NCBI RefSeq assembly: GCF_030684315.1
Contig: NC_081387.1
Coordinates: 16,337,409 to 16,401,408, forward strand
DNA from: Stegostoma tigrinum
Lineage: Eukaryota
DNA: 64,000 nt
Reading direction: 5' to 3'
A program made the position numbers and the translations under genes. Below, piece by piece: positions 49,691-63,600 of this stretch. Each line of letters starts with the position of its first letter. Position 1 is the stretch's first letter. Under the pieces are notes generated by a model. It was not told the origin of the DNA. It searched no databases and was given only the letters and a program-made list of their open reading frames with translations.

Positions 49691-50549
49691 TGTGCTGTAT
49701 TGGACAAGAGTTCCAGGATTTTGACACAACGACAGTGAAACAAGAGTGACGTCTTACCAATTCAGTTTAAGAGCTGTGAAGCCGACTTACTCAGGCAACG
49801 GCGAGTCTAGTCATGTTGATTTCTTGCAATTGCGCCCATGGCTAAAGCTCACCACTGTTCGAAACCTAAGATCGACAGCCTGAAAAGATCTACTGCAACT
49901 AATGTTATTGGCCCAAGCCACTAGTTCCCATTGATAATGGGTAGAAATGCATTTCTGACTTTCTTGAAAAGGACATTGAAGCCACAGAAGTTTTCCTTAT
50001 TCACCGAGACATCCCAAAATGCAGCAGTGAGGTTTTTTGTTTGGGACATGACTTGCATTCATCTCTGTGGTTTATCTGTAGTAATCATTACCACTGATGC
50101 CTCACTGTCACAGCACTTAACCCCCACTGCCCTCATCAGATCACTGAACCATTTACCACTCAGCAGAGCTAGTTAGAGATGCTACACATTTTGGCGATGC
50201 CAATTCCTTCCATGCAGCTCTTGTACTGTTGTTTGTACCTTTCCTTACCTCAAGACCCTAGAATGCATCTCTGCTGTCAGGGAAGGCTGATCTTTCTGAT
50301 TTCTGCTTTCTGCTTTCCTCCTGCCAGATGTTACCATGACCCAGTTGCTGACAGGCTGCCTTTCTGAAAGTGCTGCTTCCCTTTCCCCCTGATCCACAGC
50401 CCTTCCAGGCCCTGACAGTGGCTTTGGGTTGTTGCAGACATGATTCGCAAAGGGAGAAAAGATCTGCACTTCCTAAACATGAGCTTTGCCAGATTGACTT
50501 GCAAGTGAAATTAGCACTCCAGTGTAAAAGAAGGCACAGCTACTAATTT

Positions 50550-50980
50550 AAGATAACAAAGTGTGGAGCCGGATGAACACAGCAGGCCAAGCAGCATCCC
50601 AGGAACACAAAAGCTGATGTTTTGGGCCTAGACCCTTCATCAGAGAGGGGGATGGGGAGAGGGAACTGGAATAAATAGGGAGAGAGGGGGAGCCAGACTG
50701 AAGATGGGTTAGAAAACAAGATAGGTAGAGAGGAGAGTATAGGTGAGGAGGTAGAGAGGGGATAGGTCAGTCCAGGGAAGACGGACAGGTCAAGGAGGCG
50801 GAATGAGGTGGTAGGTAGGAAACGGAGGTGCGGCTTGAGGTGGGGGGAAGGGATGGGTGAGAGGAAGAACAGGTTAGGGAAGCTTTTGTGCTCTTGAGAT
50901 GCTGCTTGGCCTGCTGTGTTCATCCAGCTCCACACTTTGTTATCTTGGATTCTCCAGCATCTGCTGTTCCCATTATCACA
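50550..50980. mobile_element. Penelope terminal fragment with an inverted end and a target-site duplication
   Basis: Same sequence family as 40039-41243. cagct[a/g]ctaattta occurs on both sides. Confidence 0.85.
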
Positions 50981-51339
50981 GCTGCTAATTTAGTCTGCCA
51001 TGTAGATGCTCCTGTCCGCAGTTCATCTACTCATGGAGACTTTTACTATCTTCCTCACTGTTTGCTGCATTTCTAAATTGGGTGCTATTTGCAGATTATG
51101 AAATTATGGTCAGTACACCCAGATCTGTGCCATTAATGCGTAGAAGTGATACTCCTGCCAATTTTTCTGGAACATCACTACATATAGCCTTCCAGCAATA
51201 ATTTGCCCCAGTTCTTGACATATCTTAATCAATTGCATATCCACACTATCACTTTAATGCTGGAAGGCTTAATGCCACTCACAAATCAATTACGTGAAGC
51301 TTCATCAAATAAATTTTGAAACTGTGCACCAGCAGCGAA

Positions 51340-51855
51340 GAATCCTGCAAAGAGTGACTCCCTCCTGACTCCCCAGAGCCTGTTCTTTGTCTACAAGGCA
51401 CATACAGGAGCGTCATGGAGTACTCTTCATTTGCCTGGATGAAAAACGCTCAGGATGCTTGACACCATCCAGGACAAAGCAGCCCGCTTGATTGGCACCA
51501 CATCCACTCCCTCCACCAGCGATGCAGTGTGCACCATCTACAAGATGCACTGCAAAATTCCACCAAGGTTTCTCAGGCACCACCTTCTAAATGTATGACC
51601 AATTCCATCTAGAAGGACAAAGGCGGCACACACATTGGGAACACCGCGCCCCCTCCAAGTTCCTCCAAGCCACTCACCACCCTGCCTCGGAAATATCTTG
51701 CCTTCCGGAAATACGTTGCTGGGTCAAAATCATCACAATATTGTGGGTCTACCTGCAACACATGGTCTGCAGCTGTTCAAAAAGGCAGTTCACCACCAAC
51801 TGCTCAAGGGCAGCTAGGCATGGGCAATAAATGCTGACTCAGTCAGCGATGCCAA
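51340..51855 (+). mobile_element. CR1/L2-superfamily LINE 3' fragment (different family)
   Basis: tacaaggcaca..aggagcgtcatggagtactct..gcctgg (YKA..RSVMEYS..AW) and LDTIQDKAARLIG. The same 3' end (aggcagctcaccacc..gggcaataaatgctg) occurs at ~4165-4230 and ~5395-5580. Confidence 0.65.
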
Positions 51856-51864
51856 TATTGAGAC

Positions 51865-52475
51865 TTAGAGTCATTGTCATAGTCATACAGCATGGCAACA
51901 GGCCCTTTGGTTCAACCAGTCCGTGCCAACCATAATGCCAAACTCAACTAGTCGCACCTGCCTGTGCTTGGTCCATATCCCTCCAAACATTTCTTATTCA
52001 TGTGCTTATTTAAATCTCTTTTAAATGTTGTCATTGTGCCTGGATCCACTACACCCTCTGGAAGTTCATTCCACACATGAACCACTCTCTACGTTAAAAA
52101 ATTGCCCCTCAGGTCTGTTTTAAATCCTTATTGTTTCATTATAAAAACATGTCTCTGGTCTTGAACTCCCGCACCCAAGGAAAGAGATGTCTTATCTATA
52201 CCCCTCATTATTATATAAGTCTCTAGAAGTGCCTGTGAAAAATGCCTCCAGCTTTTTATCCAGCTTCTCCTTATTACTCAAACTCTCCATTCCTAGCAAC
52301 ATCCTTGTAAATCTCTTCTGAACTCTCTCCAACTTAATCATATCCTTTCTACAACAGGGCAACCAGAGCTGCACACAGTACTCCAGAAGAGGTCTCACCG
52401 ATATCCTGTACAACCTCCAAATAATGTCCCAACTCCTGCACACACAGGCCTGCGCAATGAATGTAATGATATCCC
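51865..52475 (-). mobile_element. CR1 3' fragment
   Basis: RLYRISVRPLLEYCVQLWLPCCRKDMIKLERVQKRFTRML. Confidence 0.88.
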
Positions 52476-53244
52476 ACAAGTGAACAAAAAAATTTTAAAA
52501 TATTCTTGAAAGGACCATCACATCACTTGAGTTCAGCACGATTTGTCAGGTTAGTGCATGCTCCAGTCTACGAAGGTGCACTTACAGCCTTAGCATGGAC
52601 TGCAGCAAATAGGCTCTTCTCAATGCACACTTTTGAAAAAGTGTGTTTAAAGTTAGCAAGATTTCGGCTTCAGTTTTCAGTGGTTTACAGCAGTGGAACA
52701 TTCTGCAAGTGACCTTTTGAGTTGAAAGAGGATAGAAGTAGCTCTGAGACTGAAATGCCTGCAGGGAGGCCCAGCGAAAGGTTGTTTCATCTGGGTTTCT
52801 CAGTCGCCTGCTGCAGATACTGAGGCCCATCCACATGGGTTCTCAGTATTCAGAGGCTCTGTGAAGCTCACACGAGCATGTATCAGCAACATTAACGCTT
52901 CCTGTTCTACCTAAGGCCGTGTTTCTAAGTTTACCGAAACCACATTAATAGCATAGTGCCTGCAGGTTACGTAATAACTGAATGGGTAGCTTCAGATCTT
53001 GAGGGGGAAAGGCTGATGGCTTAACTTAACAGAGCAAAGTGTTTATATCTGCATTTCACCTCAGAGCCTGCTATTCTCCTTGGAGCCAGAAAGGCTAAGA
53101 GGGGACATGACAGAAATTTCTATAAAGGATCCAGTTAGAGTTAATAACGAGAAAGCATTTTCAATGGCTAGAAGGCCGTAAGGTGTGGATGCAGAAGTAG
53201 ACCATTCAGCCCATCAAGTTTGCTCTGCCATTCAGCGAGATCAT

Positions 53245-54475
53245 AGAACTTAGAACGTAGAACATAGAACAATACAGCGCAGAACAGGCCCTTCAGCCCT
53301 CGATGTTGTGCCGACCTGGGAACTAATCTAAGCCCCTCCCCCTACACGATCCCAACATTATCCATATGCTTATCCAAGGGCTGTTTAAATGCCCCTAATG
53401 TGGCTGAGCTAACTACATTGGCAGGCAGGGCGTTCCATGCCCTTAACACGCTGAGTAAAAAACCTGCCTCTGATATCTGTCTTAAATCTATCACCCTCAA
53501 TTTGTAGCTGTGCCCCCTTGTACAAGCTGAAGTCATCATCCTCGGAAAAAGACTCTCACTCTCCACCCTATCTCATCCTCTGATCATCTTGTATGTACAG
53601 CTGTTTGGCTGTTGGCCTAATTTTAAGAGGAAAGGAGAAACGTATTAAGGATAACTGTTTTTGCACAGAGAGTGGCTCTTGTGTGCAGTGAACCTCCAGA
53701 GGAAGTGGTGGATGTGGGTACAGTTACAATATTTTAAAAAAACATTTAGATAAGTACATGAATAAGAAATGTTTGGAGGGATATGGGCCAAATGCAGGCA
53801 AGTGGGACTAGGTTAGTTTAAGATTATGGTTGGCAAGAATTGGTTGGACCAAAGGGTCTATTTCTGTGCTGTATGACTCTATGACTTTATAAGTCAATGA
53901 TAATCCTCGAACAAACACAGAGAACTGCGGATGTTGGAAAAAGGAAATCAAAAGGCAGTGCTGAAGAAACAGAGCAGATCTGGCAGCATCTATAGAGAGA
54001 AGGCAGAGTTAGCAAAACTGTTCTGATGAAGGGTTATTAGTCTTGAAACATTAACTCTTTTTTTTTACTGTAAGATTCTGCTGAGTTTCTCCTCAACTGG
54101 ACCTCCATGCTTTTCGCCAAAACCTTTGGTTCCTTTAATAATAAAAAATAAACCTTCTACCTCAGCCTTGAATATACCTAAAAACACCACCATTACAGCT
54201 TGCGATGGCAATGTAGTTTACTACCTTCTGAGAGAAGAAATTTTTTCTCATCTCTGTTTCTTACTTGTAGTTGTCTTGCTACTCTGAGATTATGCTTTCT
54301 AGTCCTAGCGTGTCCCTCAAGAGGAAACAACTTTGCTGCATCCACCCTGTCATTTCCCCAAAGGATTTTGCTTGTTCCAAGAAGATCGTTTCTCATTCTT
54401 CTCAACTCCAATGAGTATAGGCCCAACCAACTCAACCTCTTCTCATAACACAGTGTCTCCAGACCAGATGTCATA
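53245..54475. mobile_element. Cluster of CR1 3' fragments in both orientations plus a Penelope end
   Basis: TRGHSYKLR..AWNALP (-, 53245-53595); a + copy at 53630-53885; RLSWLGLYSLELRRMRNDL (-, 54100-54475). Confidence 0.8.
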
Positions 54476-54669
54476 TCAGAATTAGAATTAGAATTAGCTT
54501 TTTACTGTCGCATGTACACACTCGCATGAGTGCAGTGAAAAATTTACAACCTGCTACTTATGGCATCATCTCAGGTTAAAAAATATACCTCGGCACAGAA
54601 TCTTACTACAAAGTAGAAAAATAAAGAAACCACGTTAAGAAATTAAACATTCTTAATAAAGCGCCCAGA

Positions 54670-57600
54670 CAGTGAGAGAGGGAACAGGCAGGCCAGAAGG
54701 AGGGAGAGCGGGAACAGGCAGCCCCGAGGCAGGGAGAGGGGGAACAGTCAGCCCTGAGGCAGGGAGAGCGGGAACAGTCAGCCCCGGGGCAGGGAGAGCG
54801 GGAACAGGCAGCTCTGAGGCAGGGACAGTGGGAACAGTCAGCCACGAGGCACGAAGAGCGGGAGCAGGCAGCTCCGAGGCATTGAGAATGGGAACAGGCA
54901 GCCATGAGACAGGCAGACCAGGAACAGGCAACCCTAGGACAGGGAGAGCAGGAACAGTCAGCCCCGAGGTAGGGAGAATGGAAACAGGCAGCCCCGAGGC
55001 AGGGAGAGCAGGAACAGTCAGCTCCGAGGCAGGGAGAGTGGGAACACGCAGCCCTGAGGCAGGGAGAGTGGGAACAGGCAGCCCTGAGGCAGGGAGAGCG
55101 GGAATAGTCAGCCCCGAGGCAGGGAGAGTGGGAACAGGCAGCCCTGAGGCAGGGAGAGAGGGAACACTCAGCCCTGAGGCAGGGAGAGTGGGAACAGGCA
55201 GCCCTGAGGCAGGGAGAGTGGGAACAGTCACCCCCGAGGCAGGGAGAATGGAAACAGGCAGCCGTGAGGCAGGGAGAGTGGGAACAGGCAGCCCTGTGGC
55301 AGGGAGAGTGGGAACAGGCAGCCCCAAGGCAGGGAGAGTGGGAACAGTCAGCCCCGAGGCAGGGAGAGCAGGAACAGTCAGCCCTGAGACAGGCAGAGCA
55401 GGAACAGGCAGCCCTGAGGCAGGGAGAGCAGGAACAGGCAGCCCTGAGGCAGCAAGAGTGGGATCAGGCAGCCCTGAGGCAGCGAGAGAGGGAACAGTCA
55501 GCCCGAAGAAAGGCAGAGTGGGAACAGTCAGCCCTAAGAAAGGCAGAGTGGGAACAGTCAGCTCTGAGGCAGGGAGAGCGGGAACAGTCAGCCCCGAGGC
55601 AGGGAGAGTGGGAACAGGCAGCCCTGAGACAGGCAGAGCAGGAACAGGCAGCCCTGAGGCAGGCAGAGCGGGAACAGTCAGCCCCGAGGCAGGGAGAGCG
55701 GGATCAGGCAGCCCTGAGGCAGCGAGAGTGGGAACACTCAGCCCCGAGGCAGGGGGAGTGGGAACAGGCAGCCCTAAGACAGGGAGAGTGGGAACAGTCA
55801 CCCTCGAGGCAGGGAGAATGGAAACAGGGAGCTGTGAGGCAGGGAGAGCGGGAACAGGCAGCCCTGAGGCAGGGAGAGTGGGAACAGTCAGCCCCGAGGC
55901 AGGGAGAGCGGGAACAGTCAGCCCCGAGGCAGGGAGAGCGGGAACGGGCAGCCCTAAGACAGGGGGAGTGGGAACAGGCAGCTCTGAGGCATTGAGAATG
56001 GGAACAGGCAGCCGTGAGACAGGCAGAGCAGGAACAGGCAACTCTGAGGCAGGGAGAGTGGGAACAGTCAGCCCCGAGGTAGGGAGAGCGGGAACAGTCA
56101 GCCCCGAGGCAGGGAGAGTGGGAATAGGCAGCCCTGAGGCAGGGAGAGCAGGAACAGTCAGCCCCGAGGCAGGGAGATCGGGAACAGGCAGCTCTGAGGC
56201 AGGGAGAGTGGGAACAGGCAGCCCTGAGGCAGGGAGAGAGGGAACAGGCAGCCCTAAGACAAGGGGAGTGGGAACAGTCAGCCCCGAGGCAGGGAGATCG
56301 GGAACAGGCAGCTCTGAGGCAGGGAGAATGGAAACAGGCAGCCCTGAGGCAGGGAGAGCAGGAACAGTCAGCCCCGAGACAGGGAGAACGGGAACAGGCC
56401 GCCCTGAGGCAGGGAGAGTGGGAACACTCAGCCCCGAGGCATGGAGAGAGGGAACAGGCAGCCCTAAGACAAGGGGAGTGGGAACAGTCAGCTCCGAGGC
56501 AGGGAGAGCGGGAACAGCCAGCCCCGAGGCAGAGAGAGTGAGAACAGACAGCCCTGAGACAGGGAGAGTGGGAACACTCAGCCCTGAGGCAGGGAGAATG
56601 GAAACAGGCAGCCCTGAGGCAGGGAGAACAGGAACAGTCAGCCCCGAGTCAGGGAGATCGGGAACAGTCAGCCCCGAGCCAGGGAGAGCGGGAACAGGCA
56701 GCCCTGAAGCAGGGAGAGTGGGAACCCTCAGCCCCGAGGCAGCGAGAGTGGGAACAGGCAGCCCTGAGGCAGGGAGAGTGGGAACACGCAACCCCGAGGC
56801 AGAGAGAGAGGGAACAGTCAGCCCTAAGAAAGGCAGAGTGGGAACAGTCAGCTCCGAGGCAGGGAGAGCGGGAACAGGCAGCCCTGAGGCAGGGAGAGAT
56901 GGAACAAGCAGCCCCAAGGCAGGGAGAGTTGGAACAGTCAGCCCCGAGGCAGGGAGAGAGGGAACAGTCAGCCCTGAGGCAGGGAGAGCAGGAACAGGCA
57001 GCCCTGAGGCAGGGAGAGTGGGAACAGGCAGCCCTAAGACAGGGAGAGTGGGAACAGTCAGCCCCGAGGCAGGGAGAATGGAAACAGGCAGCCCTGAGGC
57101 AGGGGGAGTGGGAACCGTCAGCCCCGATGCAGGGAGAATGGAAACAGGCAGCTCTGAGGCAGGGAGAGCAGGAACAGTCAACCCCGAGGCAGGGAGAGTG
57201 GGAACAGGCAGCCCTGAGGCAGGGAGAGCGGGAACACGCAGCCCTGAGGCATTGAGAATGGGCACAGGCAGCCGTGAGACAGGCAGACCAGGAACAGGCA
57301 ACCCTAGGACAGGGAGAGCAGGAACAGTCAGCCCAGAGGCAGGGAGAATGGAAACAGGCAGCCCCGAGGCAGGGAGAGCGGGAACAGTCAGCTCCGAGGC
57401 AGAGAGAGTGGGAACACTCAGCCCTGAGGCAGGGAGAGTGGGAACAGGCAGCCCCAAGGCAGGGAGAGTGGGAACAGTCATCCCCGAGGCACGGAGAGTG
57501 GGAACAGGCAGCCCTGAGGCAGGGAGAGTGGGAACAGGCAGCCCTGAGGCAGGGAGAGCGGGAACAGTCAGCCCCGAGGCAGGGAGAGTGGGAACAGGCA

Positions 57601-60600
57601 GCTCTGAGGCAGCGAGAGTGGGAACAGGCAGCCCCGAGGCAGGGAGAGCAGGAACAGTCAGCCCTGAGACAGGCAGAGCAGGAACAGGCAGCCCTGTGGC
57701 AGGGAGAGCGGGATCAGGCAGCCCTGAGGCAGTGAGAGTGGGAGCAGGCAGCCCTGAGGCAGCGATAGAGGGAACAGTCAGCCCTAAGAAAGGCAGAGTG
57801 GGAACAGTCAGCTCTGAGGCAGGGAGAGCGGGAACAGTCAGCCCCGAGGGAGGGAGAGTGGGAACAGGCAGCCCTGAGACAGGCAGAGCAGGAACAGGCA
57901 GCCCTGAGGCAGGCAGAGCGGTAACAGTCAGCCCCGAGGCAGGGAGAGCGGGATCAGGCAGCCCTGAGGCAGCGAGAGTGGGAACACTCAGCCCCGAGGC
58001 AGGGGGAGTGGGAACAGGCAGCCCTAAGACAGGGAGAGTGGGAACAGTCACCCTCGAGGCAGGGAGAATGGAAACAGGGAGCTGTGAGGCAGGGAGAGCG
58101 GGAACAGGCAGCCCTGAGGCAGGGAGAGTGGGAACAGTCAGCCCCGAGGCAGGGAGAGCGGGAACAGTCAGCCCCGAGGCAGGGAGAGCGGGAACGGGCA
58201 GCCCTAAGACAGGGGGAGTGGGAACAGGCAGCTCTGAGGCATTGAGAATGGGAACAGGCATCCGTGAGACAGGCAGAGCAGGAACAGGCAACTCTGAGGC
58301 AGGGAGAGTGGGAACAGGCAGCCCCGAGGCAGGGAGAGTGGGAATAGGCAGCCCTGAGGCAGGGAGAGCAGGAATAGTCAGCCCCGAGGCAGGGACAGCG
58401 GGAACAGGCAGCCCTGAGATTGGGAGAATGGGAACAGGCAGCTCCGAGGCATTGAGAATGGGAACAGGCAGCCGTGAGACAGGCAGAGCAGGAACAGGCA
58501 ACTCTGAGGCAGGGAGAGTGGGAACAGTCAGCCCCGAGGCAGGGAGAGCGGGAACAGTCAGCCCCGAGGCAGGGAGAGTGGGAATAGGCAGCCCTGAGGC
58601 AGGGAGAGCAGGAACAGTCAGCCCCGAGGCAGGGAGATCGGGAACAGGCAGCTCTGAGGCAGGGAGAGTGGGAACAGGCAGCCCTGACGCAGGGAGAGAG
58701 GGAACAGGCAGCCCTAAGACAAGGGGAGTGGGTACAGTCAGCTCCGAGGCAGGGAGAGCGGGAACAGCCAGCCCCGAGGCAGAGAGAGTGAGAACAGGCA
58801 GCCCTGAGACAGGGAGAGTGGGAACACTCAGCCCTGAGGCAGGGAGAATGGAAACAGGCAGCCCTGAGGCAGGGAGAACAGGAACAGTCAGCCCCGAGTC
58901 AGGGAGATCGGGAACAGGCAGCCCTGAGGCAGGGAGAGTGGGAACACTCAGCCCCGAGGTAGGGAGAGTGGGAACGGGCAGCTCTGAGGCAGGGAGAGTG
59001 GGAACAGGCAGCTCTGAGGCAGGGAGAGCAGGAACCGGCAGCCCTGAGATAGGGAGAACGGGAACAGGCAGCTCCAAGGCATTGAGAATGGGCACAGGCA
59101 GCCGTGAGACAGGCAGAGCAGGAACAGGCAATTCTGAGGCAGGGAAAGTGGGAACAGTCAACCCCGAGGCAGGGAGAGTGGGAATAGGCAGCCCTGAGGC
59201 AGGGAGAGCAGGAACAGTCAGCCCCGAGGCAGGGAGATCGGGAACAGGCAGCTCTGAGGCAGGGAGAGTGGGAACAGGCAGCCCTGAGGCAGGGAGAGAG
59301 GGAACAGGCAGCCCTAAGACAAGGGGAGTGGGAACAGTCAGCCCCGAGGCAGGGAGATCGGGAACAGGCAGCTCTGAGGCAGGGAGAATGGAAACAGGCA
59401 GCCCTGAGGCAGGGAGAGCAGGAACAGTCAGCCCCGAGACAGGGAGAACGGGAACAGGCCGCCCTGAGGCAGGGAGAGTGGGAACACTCAGCCCCGAGGC
59501 ATGGAGAGAGGGAACAGGCAGCCCTAAGACAAGGGGAGTGGGAACAGTCAGCTCCGAGGCAGGGAGAGCGGGAACAGCCAGCCCCGAGGCAGAGAGAGTG
59601 AGAACAGGCAGCCCTGAGACAGGGAGAGTGGGAACACTCAGCCCTGAGGCAGGGAGAATGGAAACAGGCAGCCCTGAGGCAGGGAGAACAGGAACAGTCA
59701 GCCCCGAGTCAGGGAGATCGGGAACAGGCAGCCCTGAGGCAGGGAGAGTGGGAACACTCAGCCCCGAGGTAGGGAGAGTGGGAACAGGCAGCTCTGAGGC
59801 AGGGAGAGTGGGAACAGTCAGCCCCGAGGCAGGGAGAATGGAAACAGGCAGCTCTGAGGCAGGGAGAGCAGGAACAGGCAGCCCTGAGATAGGGAGAATG
59901 GGAACAGGCAGCTCCAAGGCATTGAGAATGGGCACAGGCAGCCGTGAGACGGGCAGAGCAGGAACAGGCAATTCTGAGGCAGGGAAAGTGGGAACAGTCA
60001 ACCCCGAGGCAGGGAGAGTGGGAACAGGCAGCCCTGAGGCAGGGAGAGCGGGAACAGTCAGCCCCGAGCCAGGGAGAGCGGGAACAGGCAGCCCTGAAGC
60101 AGGGAGAGTGGGAACCCTCAGCCCCGAGGCAGCGAGAGTGGGAACAGGCAGCCCTGAGGCAGGGAGAGTGGGAACACGCAACCCCGAGGCAGGGAGAGAG
60201 GGAACAGTCAGCCCTAAGAAAGGCAGAGTGGGAACAGTCAGCTCCGAGGCAGGGAGAGCAGGAACAGGCAGCCCTGAGGCAGGGAGAGTTGGAACAAGCA
60301 GCCCCAAGGCAGGGAGAGTTGGAACAGTCAGCCCCGAGGCAGGGAGAGAGGGAACAGTCAGCCCTGAGGCAGGGAGAGCAGGAACAGTCAGCCCTGAGGC
60401 AGGGAGAGCGGGAACGGGCAGCACTGAGATAGGGAGACTGGGAACAGGCAGCTCCGAGGCATTGAGAATGGGAACAGGCAGCCGTGAGACAGGCAGAGCA
60501 GGAACAGGCAGCCCTGAGGCAGGGAGAGTGGGAACAGGCAGCCCTAAGACAGGGAGAGTGGGAACAGTCAGCCCCGAGGCAGGGAGAATGGAAACAGGCA

Positions 60601-63600
60601 GCCGTGAGGCAGGAGAGTGGGAACAGGCAGTCCTGAGGCAGCGAGAGTGGGAACAGTCAACCCCGAGGCAGGGATAGTGGGAACAGGCAGCCCTGAGGCA
60701 GGGGGAGTGGGAACCGTCAGCCCCGAGGCAGGGAGAATGGAAACAGGCAGCTCTGAGGCAGGGAGAGCAGGAACAGTCAACCCCGAGGCAGGGAGAGTGG
60801 GAACAGGCAGCCCTGAGGCATTGAGAATGGGCACAGGCAGCCGTGAGACAGGCAGAGCAGGAACAGGCAACTCTGAGGCAGGGAGAGTGGGAACAGTCAA
60901 CCCCGAGGCAGGGAGAGTGGGAACAGGCAGCCCCGAGGCAGGGAGAGTGGGAACAGTCAGCCCCGAGGCAGGGAGAGCGGGAACAGGCAGCTCTGCGGCA
61001 GGGAGAGTGGGAACAGGCAGCCCTGAGGCAGCGAGAGCGGAAACAGTCAGCCTCGAGGTAGGGAGAGCGGGAACAGGCCGCCCTGAGGCAGGGAGAGTGG
61101 GAACAGGCCGCCCTGAAGCAGGGAGAGTGGGAACAGGCCGCCCTGAGGCAGGGAGAGCGGAAACAGTCAGCCCCGAGGTAGGGAGAGCGGGAACAGGCCG
61201 CCCTGAGGCAGGGAGAGTGGGAACAGGCCGCTCTGAGGCAGGGAGAGCGGGAACAGGCCGCCCTGAGGCAGGGAGAGTGGGAACAGTCAGCCCTGAGGCA
61301 GGGAGAGAGGGAACAGGCAGCCCCAAGGCAGGGAGAGTGGGAACAGTCAGCTCCGACGCAGGGAGAGCGGGAACAGTCAGGCCCGAGGCAGGGAGAGCGG
61401 GAACGGGCAGCGCTAAGACAGGGGGAGTGGGAACAGTCAGCCCCGAGCCAGGGAGAATGGAAACAGGCAGCTCTGAGGCAGGGAGAGCAGGAACAGTCAG
61501 CCCTGAGGCAGGGAGAGTGGGAATATGCAGCCCTGAGGCAGGGAGAGCGGGAAGAGTCAGCCCCGAGGCAGGAAGAATGGAAACAGGCAGCCCTGAGGCA
61601 AGGAGAGCAGGAACAGTCAGCCCCGAGGCAGGGAGATCGGGAACAGGCAGCTCTGAGGCAGGGAGAGTGGGAACAGGCAGCCCTGAGGCAGGGAGAGTGG
61701 GAACACTCAGCCCCGAGGCAGGGAGAGAGGGAACAGGCAGCCCTAAGACAAGGAGAGTGGGAACAGTCAGCTCCGAGGCAGGGAGAGCGGGAACAGCCAG
61801 GCCTGAGGCAGGGAGAGTGGGAACAGGCAGCCCCGACGCAGGGAGAGCCGGAACAGTCATCCCCGAGGCAGGGAGAGCGGGAACGGGCAGCCCTAAGACA
61901 GTGGGAGTGGGAACAGTCAGCCCCGAGGCAGGGAGTGCGGGAACGGGCAGCCCTAAGACAGGGGGAGTGGGAACAGTCAGCCCCGAGGCAGGGAGAATGG
62001 AAACAGGCAGCTCTGAGGCAGGGAGAGCAGGAACAGTCAGCCCTGAGGCAGGGAGAGCGGGAACAGGCAGCACTGAGATAGGGAGACTGGGAACAGGCAG
62101 CTCCGAGGCATTTAGAATGGGAACAGGCAGCCGTGAGACAGGCAGAGCTGGAACAGGCAGCCCTGAGGCAGGGAGAATGGAAACAGGCAGCCGTGAGGCA
62201 GGAGAGCGGGAACAGACAGCTCTGAGGCAGGGAGAGTGGGAACAGTCAACCCCGAGGCAGGGAGAGCGGGAACAGGCATCCCTGAGGCACGGAGAATGGG
62301 AACAGTCAGCCCCGAGGCAGGGAGAGCGGGTCAGGCAGCCCTGAGGCAGCGAGAGTGGGAACACTCAGCACCGAGGCAGGGGGAGTGGGAACAGGCAGCC
62401 CTAAGACAAGGAGAGTGGGAACAGTCACCCTCAAGGCAGGGAGAATGGAAACAGGGAGCTGTGAGGCAGGGAGAGCGGGAACAGGCAGCCCTGAGGCAGG
62501 GAGAGTGGGAACAGTCAGCCCCAAGGCAGGGAGAGCGGGAACAGTCAGCCCCGAGGCAGGGAGAGCGGGAACGGGCAGCCCTAAGACAGGGGGAGTGGGA
62601 ACAGGCAGCTCTGAGGCATTGAGAATGGGAACAGGCAGCCGTGAGACAGGCAGAGCAGGAACAGGCAACTCTGAGGCAGGGAGAGTGGGAACAGGCAGCC
62701 CCAAGGCAGGGAGAGTGGGAACAGTCAGCCCCGAGGCAGGGAGAGTGGGAATAGGAAGCCCTGAGGCAGGGAGAGCAGGAATAGTCAGCCCCGAGGCAGG
62801 GGCAACGGGAACAGGCAGCCCTGAGATAGGGAGAATGGGAACAGGCAGCTCCGAGGCATTGAGAATGGGAACAGGCAGCCGTGAGACAGGCAGAGCAGGA
62901 ACAGGCAACTCTGAGGCAGGGAGAGTGGGAACAGTCAGCCCCGAGGCAGGGAGAGCGGGAACAGTCAGCCCCGAGGCAGGGAGAGTGGGAATAGGCAGCC
63001 CTGAGGCAGGGAGAGCAGGAACAGTCAGCCCCGAGGCAGGGAGATCGGGAACAGGCAGCTCTGAGGCAGGGAGAGTGGGAACAGGCAGCCCTGACGCAGG
63101 GAGAGAGGGAACAGGCAGCCCTAAGACAAGGGGAGTGGGAACAGTCAGCCCCGAGGCAGGTAGATCGGGAACAGGCAGCTCTGAGGCAGGGAGAATGGAA
63201 ACAGGCAGCCCTGAGGCAGGGAGAGCAGGAACAGTCAACCCCGAGACAGGGAGAACGGGAACAGGCCGCCCTGAGGCAGGGAGAGTTGGAACACTCAGCC
63301 CCGAGGCATGGAGAGAGGGAACAGGCAGCCCTAAGACAAGGGGAGTGGGAACAGTCAGCTCCGAGGCAGGGAGAGCGGGAACAGCCAGCCCCGAGGCAGA
63401 GAGAGTGAGAACAGGCAGCCCTGAGACAGGGAGAGTGGGAACACTCAGCCCTCAGGCAGGGAGAATGGAAACAGGCAGCCCTGAGGCAGGGAGAACAGGA
63501 ACAGTCAGCCCCGAGTCAGGGAGATCGGGAACAGGCAGCCCTGAGGCAGGGAGAGTGGGAACACTCAGCCCCGAGGTAGGAAGAGTGGGAACAGGCAGCT

